Assembly: GCA_040752415.1 (NCBI GenBank)
Contig: JBFMGU010000191.1
Span: 1 to 20,575 of the forward strand
Length of the DNA: 20,575 nt
Direction of reading: 5' to 3'
Source of the DNA: Myxococcota bacterium
GTDB taxonomy: Bacteria > Myxococcota > JACRCW01
In this document: in pieces, positions 8,711-17,561 of the stretch
How positions within the stretch are numbered: the stretch's first letter is position 1
Layout: each line of letters starts with the position of its first letter
The notes under the pieces: model-generated
Database searches by the model: none
The model's input: only the letters and a program-made list of their open reading frames with translations
What the model was told of the DNA's origin: nothing
Program-made: the position numbers and the translations under genes

Positions 8711-10174
8711 TCAGGTGTCGTCCCACTTGCCAAGGCAACCGGTGTGCCGCAGCAGCACCAGGGTCATGTCGTCGTCCTGACGCGCCATGAAGGTCTGCAC
8801 GTCGTCGAGGATGTTGCGGACCGCCGCGGCGCCGGGCGCGCGGGCCATGCGCTTGAGCGCCTGGACCAGTCGTTCCTGGCCGTAGAACTCTCCCGCGGGG
8901 TTGGTGGCCTCGGTCACTCCGTCGGTGAAGAGCAGCGCCACGTCGCCCGGGTGGAGCGGAACGAACTTGTCCGGCACCGCTCCCTGCGGGTCATCCACCA
9001 CGCCCACCCAGCACCCCTCGGTGGGCACCTCCTCCACGTCGCCCGTGGCCGCCCGCAGGATGAGGACGTCCTGGTGCTTGCCCGCCATCCACATGCCGGA
9101 GTCGTCCAGGCGGATGACGGAGAGGGTCACGTAGCGACGCACGCCCAGGCGGGAGATGTTCTCGCGGATGGCGGCGTTGACCGCGCGCAGCACGTGGGAC
9201 GGGGACAATCCGGGGAAGTTGTTGACCACCGAGAAGATCCCCGTCTGCGTCATCATCATCACCAGCCCGGACTCCACGCCGTGGCCGGACACGTCACCAA
9301 TCCCCACCCATTTCTCACCCCACGACGTGCGGATGATGTCGTGGTAGTCGCCGCCCACCTCCGCGGCGGGATGCATGACCGAGGTGACGTCATAGGGTCC
9401 CAGCTTCTGGCTGCGCGGCAACAAGCCGGTCTGGATGTGCTTGGCCATCTCCATCTCGCCCCACAGCGCGTCACGGGCGGCCCGCAGCTCCGTCCGGGAC
9501 GCGTCCAGGTTGCGGTTGGTGCGCAGCAGCTCCTCCCGGGCCCAGAACTCGTTGGCGATCAGCAGGTGCTTCCGGTGGGTGATGGCCACCACGATCACCA
9601 CCGTGGCGACGAGGAAGAACAGGTTGTTGACCAGGAAGTCCGAGGCATGGCCCGGCGACCCGAGGCCGTTGACCAGGAGGTACATGGCGATGACGAGCAG
9701 GCCGTTGAGCGCGGAGTGGATGGCGCGCCACGGCAGGAACACGTTGACCGCGACGATCACCAGGTTGAGACCTGCATAGTAAGCGGAGTCGAAGCCCCCC
9801 AGGTCGCGGGTCATCAGCACGATCATCCCGCCCACCACCAGCGAGAAGACGTAACCGTGCAGGTGGGAAAGGCGACCCGGCTGCGTCCTGCGGATCACGA
9901 AGTACTGGGCCACCACCAGCAGCGTGGTGGCGGCGCGGTAGCCCCAGAAGCGCGGCAGCAGGCTGGTGGGCATGGTGAAGTAGTCAAGCACGCCGAACAG
10001 CGGGATCAGGCTGATTCCCAGCGCGGTGATGATGCGGGACCAGTCATGGATGATGCCGTTGAGGTGGAGGCCAAAACCCGAGGCCTCGTGCTCAACCGCC
10101 GCGGCAGCGGCCCGCGTGGGCGCGGGGTGGGCGGTGACATGTGCAAGTCCGTCAACGGCCATGGCTTCCCTCAT
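8711..10174 (-). CDS. Multi-TM sensor (PhcS-like) fused to SpoIIE/RsbU-type PP2C Ser/Thr phosphatase (SiaA-like)
   Basis: About 6 hydrophobic helices including 'FGVLDYFTMP', 'SAYYAGLNLVIV....LPW' and 'NNLFFLVATVVIV', then a coiled coil. PP2C motifs are intact: 'EMEMAKHIQTGLLP','EVGGDYHD','IGDVSGHG','LFTDGVTEA','QDDDMTLV'. Start is 10174 or 10162. Confidence 0.92.
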   Translation of the reverse strand: MREAMAVDGLAHVTAHPAPTRAAAAAVEHEASGFGLHLNGIIHDWSRIITALGISLIPLFGVLDYFTMPTSLLPRFWGYRAATTLLVVAQYFVIRRTQPGRLSHLHGYVFSLVVGGMIVLMTRDLGGFDSAYYAGLNLVIVAVNVFLPWRAIHSALNGLLVIAMYLLVNGLGSPGHASDFLVNNLFFLVATVVIVVAITHRKHLLIANEFWAREELLRTNRNLDASRTELRAARDALWGEMEMAKHIQTGLLPRSQKLGPYDVTSVMHPAAEVGGDYHDIIRTSWGEKWVGIGDVSGHGVESGLVMMMTQTGIFSVVNNFPGLSPSHVLRAVNAAIRENISRLGVRRYVTLSVIRLDDSGMWMAGKHQDVLILRAATGDVEEVPTEGCWVGVVDDPQGAVPDKFVPLHPGDVALLFTDGVTEATNPAGEFYGQERLVQALKRMARAPGAAAVRNILDDVQTFMARQDDDMTLVLLRHTGCLGKWDDT

Positions 10175-10178
10175 GAGC

Positions 10179-11570
10179 TCATTCTCGTCGGGTGACCTGC
10201 AGGAACATCTGTGCGCCCGTCTCCTCGAAGGTGATGCGCGCGTCCGCGCCGGGCAGTCCCTCGGTCAGCGCCAGGAACTCCTGCTCCGTGCGGTAGTAGA
10301 GGACCCAGTCCATCCAGTATTCCATGTACAGGCGCGTGGGATTTCCGACGTGGAAGTTCCCCACCACCAGCGTCCCGCCCGGCTCCAGCAACTCGTAGAG
10401 GCGGGCCAGCACCGTGCGCGCCACCGGCGGCGTCAGGTAGTCGAACAGGCCCATGGAATAGATGAAGCGGAACCGCCCCCAGAGGTCACGCAGGTTGGGC
10501 GTCTTGAGCATGGTGCGCACGGACTCATTGACCACGTTGACGCGCAGCTGGAACGCGCCCATCCGCTCCAGCTCACGGATGCCCTCCCGTGCCGCCGCCA
10601 ATGCCATGGGGTCCTGGTCCAGCAACGTGCACTCCAGGCGGTGGACGTCGCGCGCCACCAGCACCACGTCCCGCAGCTCCCAGGCGGGGCCGCACGCCAC
10701 GGACATGAAACGGAAGGGCTCGTCGCCGCGCTGCGGGAAGCGCTCCTGCACCTGGCGCAGCAACCCGGCAATGAGCGCGCGACGGTTGCGCACCGCCTGC
10801 GCCGCCGCGGAATCCAGCGGGTGCTTGTGCAGCAGCCGGTTGAACACCGTGGTGCCCTGGTAGGCGTTCTCGTAGATCATCTGCATCATCTGGGAGTCCC
10901 CGGCATAACCGCGCGGCTTGAGGTTGGTGCGGGCCAGGAACGCGGAACCGAGGATGAACTCCCAAACGTGACGTCGGAAATAGAAGCCGTGCCGCTCGTG
11001 ATCTTCCTTGTCGAAGCCCGCGGTCACTTCCTTGAGGGACTCCAGGGACTGGTCGAGGAAACGCACGAAGGCGGGCCCCTCCGCACGGATGATGGCCCGC
11101 TGTGCCGCGTCCCGGACCACCGGCGCCTCCAGCGCGCACAACCGGTCCTGCTCCGAGAAGAACCGTTTGTAGACGGACAGGTCGAACGTGGTGTTGGCGG
11201 TGTACTCGCGGAAAGCCGGTTGGATGCGTTCCCGCTGCTGCAGGAACAGGGGAAGGTTGTGGAAGGACCGCTTGATGTCCACGAACCGCTTCTCCCGGAA
11301 GAGCGCGCGGAAGTCGTAGACGTCATCCAGGAACACCAGCCGACCCGTGAAGCCTTCCGGTGCGTCCGGCTCCAGCCGACACCGGCTGAACCGGAAGGTC
11401 TGGCTGTCCACCTCCACGTCCAGCGCGTCGAACTGCCGCGGGGGCTCCGGCGGTGAAGCGCCCAGGGCCACGTACACCGAGACGTTGGACGCGTAGCCCA
11501 GCGTCACGCCGCAGGGACGGCCTTCCTGGAACAGGGTCCCGCGCAGGGTGGTGGTGCTGGTGGCGGCCAC
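10179..11570 (-). CDS. phcB: PhcB-like class I SAM-dependent methyltransferase (3-hydroxy fatty acid methyl ester signal synthase family)
   Basis: 463 aa with 'KPRGYAGD..MM..IY', 'AQAVRNR', SAM motif 'MSVACGPAWE', 'LLDQD', 'FIYSMGLFDYL', 'PGGTLVVGNF' and 'MEYWMDWVLYYR'. Motif order and length match Ralstonia PhcB as recalled; not confirmed by search. The symbol denotes family similarity only. Confidence 0.75.
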   Translation of the reverse strand: MAATSTTTLRGTLFQEGRPCGVTLGYASNVSVYVALGASPPEPPRQFDALDVEVDSQTFRFSRCRLEPDAPEGFTGRLVFLDDVYDFRALFREKRFVDIKRSFHNLPLFLQQRERIQPAFREYTANTTFDLSVYKRFFSEQDRLCALEAPVVRDAAQRAIIRAEGPAFVRFLDQSLESLKEVTAGFDKEDHERHGFYFRRHVWEFILGSAFLARTNLKPRGYAGDSQMMQMIYENAYQGTTVFNRLLHKHPLDSAAAQAVRNRRALIAGLLRQVQERFPQRGDEPFRFMSVACGPAWELRDVVLVARDVHRLECTLLDQDPMALAAAREGIRELERMGAFQLRVNVVNESVRTMLKTPNLRDLWGRFRFIYSMGLFDYLTPPVARTVLARLYELLEPGGTLVVGNFHVGNPTRLYMEYWMDWVLYYRTEQEFLALTEGLPGADARITFEETGAQMFLQVTRRE

Positions 11571-11573
11571 GTC

Positions 11574-11942
11574 TCATTCCCCACGCAGCTCAATCCGGCG
11601 ATCCAGCGTCTCGAAGACCTTCATCGCGGAGAAGCTGAGCTGCTGCCATTTCAGACCGGAGCGGTACACCATGCGTACGCGCGCAAGGCCGGTGCGCGCG
11701 GACTCCATCAAACGCACCAGGGGCGTGAACGTGGAGGAGTTCATGTAGTCCAGCGCCCGGAAGTCCAGCACCAACAGCTTTCCGCTGGCCTCCGCGGAAG
11801 CCAGGGCCCGGTCCAGGATGGGCGCCAGGAACCGCCCGGGCTCCCGCTCGTTGCTGCGCCCCGTCCACCGCAAGTGCACGGTGTCCGTGGTCTCCTCCAC
11901 CTCGATCTGCAGGGTCTTCTCGGTAAAGACGCTTCGTTCCAT
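11574..11942 (-). CDS. SiaC/DUF1987-like STAS-fold phosphoacceptor (anti-anti-sigma-like) protein
   Basis: 'LRWTGRSNEREPGRFLAP.L', 'LVLDFRALDYMNSSTF..L' and 'MVY....WQ'. This parallels the SiaC G.S..E...F..P / YxNTSS phospho-loop. GGAG upstream. Confidence 0.75.
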   Translation of the reverse strand: MERSVFTEKTLQIEVEETTDTVHLRWTGRSNEREPGRFLAPILDRALASAEASGKLLVLDFRALDYMNSSTFTPLVRLMESARTGLARVRMVYRSGLKWQQLSFSAMKVFETLDRRIELRGE

Positions 11943-11964
11943 GGGTCAGCTCCCGGAAAAGGCA

Positions 11965-12444
11965 CTAACGCCGGTGCACGGCGGAGATGGCCAGCACGCC
12001 CGACTCGTCGACGTAGAAGTCCAGGATGGCCTGCCCCTCGTAGGCAATCCGGACCAGTCCCAGGCCACTGCCGCCTTCGCGCTGCGGTTGGGTGGACAGC
12101 AGCTTGAGCCGGTCCACGTAGGCTTCGAACGGATCCTGGAACCCGCGGATCCACTGAATGGTGTCGTCCAGGTGGCGCAGCTGATCGTCGTCGGGGGAGA
12201 CCGGGCTCTTCACCTCGATGGTCACATCGCCTTCGCCAATCCTCATGCCCAGGTCGATCTTGTCGGAGCTGGAGAAGCGCCCGTACTTCACGGCGTTTTC
12301 GAGCAGCTCCTGGGTCACCATCGACAACGCATAGGCGGCATCCGGTCCCAGTCCCTCGCGCCCAAAGAAGTCGACGGAGACATCCCAGATGTCCTTGATG
12401 GTGCACCAATTCGGTTCCAGCTTGAGCGCCAGTTCCTGGCTCAT
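11965..12444 (-). CDS. Stand-alone HATPase_c Ser/Thr kinase (SiaB/RsbW-like)
   Basis: ATG 12444 (MSQELAL) with GGAG upstream. N-box 'VTQELLENAVKYG', G-box 'GGSGLGLVRIAYEG'. There is no HisKA/H-box. Confidence 0.8.
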   Translation of the reverse strand: MSQELALKLEPNWCTIKDIWDVSVDFFGREGLGPDAAYALSMVTQELLENAVKYGRFSSSDKIDLGMRIGEGDVTIEVKSPVSPDDDQLRHLDDTIQWIRGFQDPFEAYVDRLKLLSTQPQREGGSGLGLVRIAYEGQAILDFYVDESGVLAISAVHRR

Positions 12445-12623
12445 GGTGTCTTCACTCCGGGCGTGATTGCGCGTGGCATTTCCCCCCGTCCACGCGCCGG
12501 CGTGGCTTTCAACCACGGGCGAGCGCGGTTCCTTCCCGGAGTTCCCGGTTGCCGCGCACAGGATGCAACGAGACGTTCTGCGGGTTGCAGTCCAACAGCT
12601 GGCATGAACGCGGGAGCACGGTT

Positions 12624-13022
12624 GTGAAGCAACTCACCCTGGGAGACCTCTCCATCGACGTCGACACCGCCGCCCCCGGCGCCATCCACCTGCGCTGGCG
12701 CGGGCGGAGCAACAACCAGAATCCGGCGACAACCCTGCAGCCCTTCCTGGAGTTGCAGCTGGCGCACGCGCGGCAGCGGGGGGTGCGCGTGGAGATGCAC
12801 TTCGAGGAGCTGACGTACTTCAACTCCTCCACCATCGCCGTGCTGCTTCACGGGATACAGGAAGCCCACGCCCGCACCGTCCCCCTGGTCCTCCACTATG
12901 ACCGTCGACTGCGCTGGCAGGCCCACAACTTCGAGGCGCTGCGCGTGCTGCAATCCACGGACGACCTGCTGCGCCTGGATGGCGGCGCAGGTGAAATCAA
13001 CCCGACGCCACGGCGAAGTTGA
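12624..13022 (+). CDS. Second SiaC/DUF1987-like STAS-fold protein, divergently transcribed
   Basis: GTG 12624 after GGGAG. 'IHLRWRGRSNNQNPATTLQPFL','MHFEELTYFNSSTIAVL','LHYDRRLRWQAHNFEALRVL' align motif for motif with 11574..11942. Confidence 0.8.
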   Translation: MKQLTLGDLSIDVDTAAPGAIHLRWRGRSNNQNPATTLQPFLELQLAHARQRGVRVEMHFEELTYFNSSTIAVLLHGIQEAHARTVPLVLHYDRRLRWQAHNFEALRVLQSTDDLLRLDGGAGEINPTPRRS

Positions 13023-13028
13023 GACGAA

Positions 13029-13352
13029 TCACCGCGGCGGCGGGTCCGTACTCTCGGAGGGCGTGACGTACTGACGCAGGTCCGCCAGCAGGTTCTCGAT
13101 GGCGTCGGGGCGGCAGAACAATTTCAGGGCCACCTGGAGCTCGGGGACCATCCGTTCCACGTCGGACATTTGGATGTCCTGGGGGCTGAGACCGCTCCTT
13201 GCCACGGCCCGACCCAGGAGCATCTCGACGTTGAGCGCACTCAAGTAGCGGAGCAATACCTCGCGCAGGCCCGCCAGCGCCACGCTGCTTGCGCGCTGCG
13301 CTCCGACGGACGAGCCTGGACGTGTGGTGTGTGCTGCGGACGGCATGGCCAT
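13029..13352 (-). CDS. Small hypothetical helical protein (~107 aa)
   Basis: The 3' half of ORF 13029..13574 is protein-like ('LREVLLRYLSALNVEMLLGRAVARSGLSPQDI...LQVALKLFC'). Start is ATG 13352 or 13346; the upstream extension looks non-coding. Confidence 0.6.
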   Translation of the reverse strand: MAMPSAAHTTRPGSSVGAQRASSVALAGLREVLLRYLSALNVEMLLGRAVARSGLSPQDIQMSDVERMVPELQVALKLFCRPDAIENLLADLRQYVTPSESTDPPPR

Positions 13353-14250
13353 GTTGCGCTCGTCACCCGGGACGCGTCGAAGGCGCTCCTTTCGCGCTTG
13401 GTGCTCACGACCCGCCAGCGTTGGTGGAGTCGCGTGGGAGCGCCGCGGGTGCAGAGCGCATGCCAGCGCCTGGTTCGTCGTACGGCTCGCGCGAAATGCA
13501 CGCCCCAACTGGGGCGGCGTGCCCGTGCCACCGGGTTGGTGCTTGAGGCAATGTGGCCCGCCCGCCTCGCACAACGACCCGTGCGTGTGTCCGACGCGCC
13601 ACGAACCCCCTGTGACGTTGGCGTTTCACGACGAGGCTGCCAAACAGCTGGCGAACGTCCCACCGGTGAAGGCCAGTGCCGGCGAAGCCACCGTCGTGGT
13701 TCCAAGCACCGGCGCGTCCGGCCTCGGCCCTGCGTCAAAGCGCTGTTCACGCGCAGCGTGAGGACTCCGCTCGGAGGGGACACAGCGGATGCCACGCGGG
13801 AGAGCTGCGCGTTCCTGGCCCCGGCGCCAGCTCCGCCGCGCGGCGTCCGTGCGAACAACGCTTGGAGCTCCCACGCGTATCAGGTCCAGGGATGCCCTCG
13901 GCGGGCTCACCCGCCGCTGCGATTGGGGCACCTGTGAATGGGGGCGGGCCACCTAGACATCGTATTCCTTCGTTGCCATTAGACTTTGGAGCGGGCCGCT
14001 ACCTCCTTGCGCATGCGGATTGTCATCACAACAGGGCGCGGCTCTCATGCTGACGCCTCAACCCGAGGACGGTACGACAGCAGCGCGGTGCCGCTCTCTT
14101 GGGTCCCAAAAGAGCCGCACCCAATCTCATAGGCAGGGACTTCGCGACTGGAGGGCCCTCGTCGGGTGGGGCGTCCGGATGAGGAGCCACACCCTGACAA
14201 TCACCCGCGCGAATAACGCCTCCTGGCCGCTGCTGGCAGATCGAATCCGT

Positions 14251-14757
14251 CTACGCAGCAGTGCCCTGCCTGCGACGCAATCCACGCGCGTGGTTGACTG
14301 CAGCCTGGACCTCCACGCTCGCCAGGTTGACGTTCTCGGTCGCGCGAAGTTGGGCGCACACCCAATCCGCCGCGTGGTCCACGCGGTCAAAGACCTCTTC
14401 AGGCAGGAGACGTTTGGTCAATGCGTTGAGCGTCGTGGCGATGCTGCGAACCGTGGCCGCACGGAATCCGTTGCCCTCATAGACCACGGCCACGGCGGCC
14501 AGGCGGTCCGCATAGAGGCGCCGCCCCTCCATGAGCTCCGCGCGGGCCTCAGCCGTTGGAAGCGGGGAGTTCCGTTCCACCACCACCACCATCCCCACCT
14601 TCCTGCCCTTCCATGACGACGTACCTCGGGCAATCACCGTGTGCATGCGACGCAGATCCGCTGTGCTTCCACCGCGAAGAATGAGGAGGAGCAGGCCATT
14701 CCACGTCGCGACGCAATGGGCGTCGTCATCTTCAAGGACATTGAGAGCGTCAACCAT
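14251..14757 (-). CDS. Hypothetical protein, probable STAS/SEC14-like alpha/beta fold
   Basis: GGAGG RBS before ATG 14757. The pattern 'GMVVVVE..SPLP..EAR.EL...LAAVAVVYEG.GFRAA.VRSI...VFD.VD.AADW' resembles myxobacterial STAS/SEC14-like small proteins (from recall). Confidence 0.65.
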   Translation of the reverse strand: MVDALNVLEDDDAHCVATWNGLLLLILRGGSTADLRRMHTVIARGTSSWKGRKVGMVVVVERNSPLPTAEARAELMEGRRLYADRLAAVAVVYEGNGFRAATVRSIATTLNALTKRLLPEEVFDRVDHAADWVCAQLRATENVNLASVEVQAAVNHARGLRRRQGTAA

Positions 14758-14999
14758 CTTGCCTCCGGTGAAGCGTGCTGTTCACCGGGGGAGTCGCTGT
14801 GGCCGTCCCGCTCCTTCCAACTTTCTTCGGATGAGATCCCACTCCCTGCTGCGCGCCGTTCCGTTGCATCAAGCGAATCAGGCGAGCCCGCTCTCGAATG
14901 GGGCGAGCACCTACACCTTGGTTCATTCGCGACTTTCGAAAAGCCAGGCCGTCGACGACGTATGGACCGAGAGCCGCAAAGCCTCCACCGTCACCAGCC

Positions 15000-15431
15000 T
15001 CACGGCGAGGCCACCGTGACCTGCGGCAGTCCGGCCGCCGCGCACGCATCCATGGCGCCCACCAGCAGCTCGTAGGGCACCTCGTCGTCGGGCAGCACGC
15101 GGACCGGCGCGGCATGGGGCATCCCCGCGCGCAGCTCCTCCAATTCCACGCGCAATCCCTTGAGGTCGCGCGCCTCCCGACGGGCGCCGTTCCACCGCAG
15201 GCCAAAGTTCTCGCGTGAGACCCGCAGCTCCAACTCGGCGGGAGGGGAACCTTCCGAGGGACCGGTGCCTCCGGCCGCGGCGGTGAGCGTTCCCAACTGC
15301 GTCCACACCGCCGTCATCAGCAGGAAGGCAATGAGACTGGACAGCAGGTCAATGCACGGGACCAGGTTGATGGTGGCGTCCAGGGACCTGCCCCGGGAAC
15401 GCCCCGGCTCGACGGGCGCGCTGCCTGCCAT
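15000..15431 (-). CDS. exbD: ExbD/TolR family biopolymer transporter subunit (AglS/AglQ-like)
   Basis: 'INLVPCIDLLSSLIAFLLMTAVW' TM segment with conserved Asp; C-terminal 'VRVLPDDEVPYELLVGAMDAC..AGLPQVTV'. Confidence 0.88.
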   Translation of the reverse strand: MAGSAPVEPGRSRGRSLDATINLVPCIDLLSSLIAFLLMTAVWTQLGTLTAAAGGTGPSEGSPPAELELRVSRENFGLRWNGARREARDLKGLRVELEELRAGMPHAAPVRVLPDDEVPYELLVGAMDACAAAGLPQVTVASP

Positions 15432-15517
15432 GGGTCACCTCGCGGTGGGGTTGCGAGGGGGTGACAACACCGGCCCGGGGGAGGTTCCGCGCGGCGCATC
15501 CGTCGTCGGGCGGAGGA

Positions 15518-15949
15518 TCACGTGCTGCGCTTGATGAACCCGCCCAGCAATGCGCCCAGGAACCCCAGCACGGTGGTGTAGAGCCACACGCCCATCAGCA
15601 CACCCGCCATCACCGGCGGCTCGCGCAGCCTGGAGAGGATGCCGCCGTCCCCGCCTTCCGTGGGCGCCACGCGGGAGAGCACCACCGCGCCCACCAGGCC
15701 CACTCCCGTCGCCACCAGGACCCCCATCACGGCGCCAATGAGCGCGGCGTGACCGGAGCGCGCGCGCACCCGCGAACCAGCCAACATCCCGCCAATCAGC
15801 GGCCCCAACGGCCCGGTGATGATGTGGATGGGCGGCGGGATGATGAGCACCAGCGCCAGTCCCACACCGACCAGTGCGGCCATCACCACCTGTCCCGCCG
15901 TGGCCGGTGGCGCCGCCTGCTCCGACGGAGCTTCCGTCTGCGTCTCCAT
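15518..15949 (-). CDS. Hypothetical 4-TM Gly-rich membrane protein
   Basis: ATG 15949 with GGAGG upstream. Four hydrophobic segments with 'IHIITGPLGPLIGGMLAG' and 'LGFLGALLGG'. Confidence 0.7.
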   Translation of the reverse strand: METQTEAPSEQAAPPATAGQVVMAALVGVGLALVLIIPPPIHIITGPLGPLIGGMLAGSRVRARSGHAALIGAVMGVLVATGVGLVGAVVLSRVAPTEGGDGGILSRLREPPVMAGVLMGVWLYTTVLGFLGALLGGFIKRST

Positions 15950-16202
15950 GGATTGCCTCCGCGACAAGGCGCCCCGACCGATTAGCGTCCTCCCCGACGC
16001 GGCGTCCATGAAAGAAATGCCGCACGGGGACTCGGGTGCGCCGCACCGCGCGGCGGGCTGTCGCACCAGCTCGGTTGGTCCTCACTTCGTCGGAGGACGC
16101 CAGGCGACCGACGTCCTGGCGGTGCGACGTCCGTGTCACTGGTCTACGCTTGCCCTCGTGCCACGAGCCACATGGGCACCTTCTCCCCGCGCCCAGGCAG
16201 CC

Positions 16203-17456
<1,254 letters not shown>

Positions 17457-17561
17457 CGCAACGCATCCAGCGTCGGCGGAACCTAGAACACCGGGAGGAT
17501 GGGCAAGGCAGGAAGCACTGTTAGCGTTCCCTTCGCCTGGCCTGCCCAGAGGAGCATCCGG

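Noticed and set aside
5372..11456. Long plus-strand ORFs (5372..7561, 7743..8780, 8744..10195, 10026..11456)
   Set aside because: They mirror the minus-strand signalling genes and have no recognisable domains.
13353..14250. Overlapping ORFs in the gap (13170..13937, 13241..13858, 13626..13952, 13676..14053)
   Set aside because: Arg/Pro/Ala-rich translations with no motifs or clear RBS; treated as non-coding.
14976..14986. GCAAAGCCTCC resembling the c-di-GMP-I/cGAMP (GEMM) riboswitch core
   Set aside because: The upstream AAAC-stem-GNRA-stem-GGAC element is missing, and it is on the strand opposite to the flanking genes.
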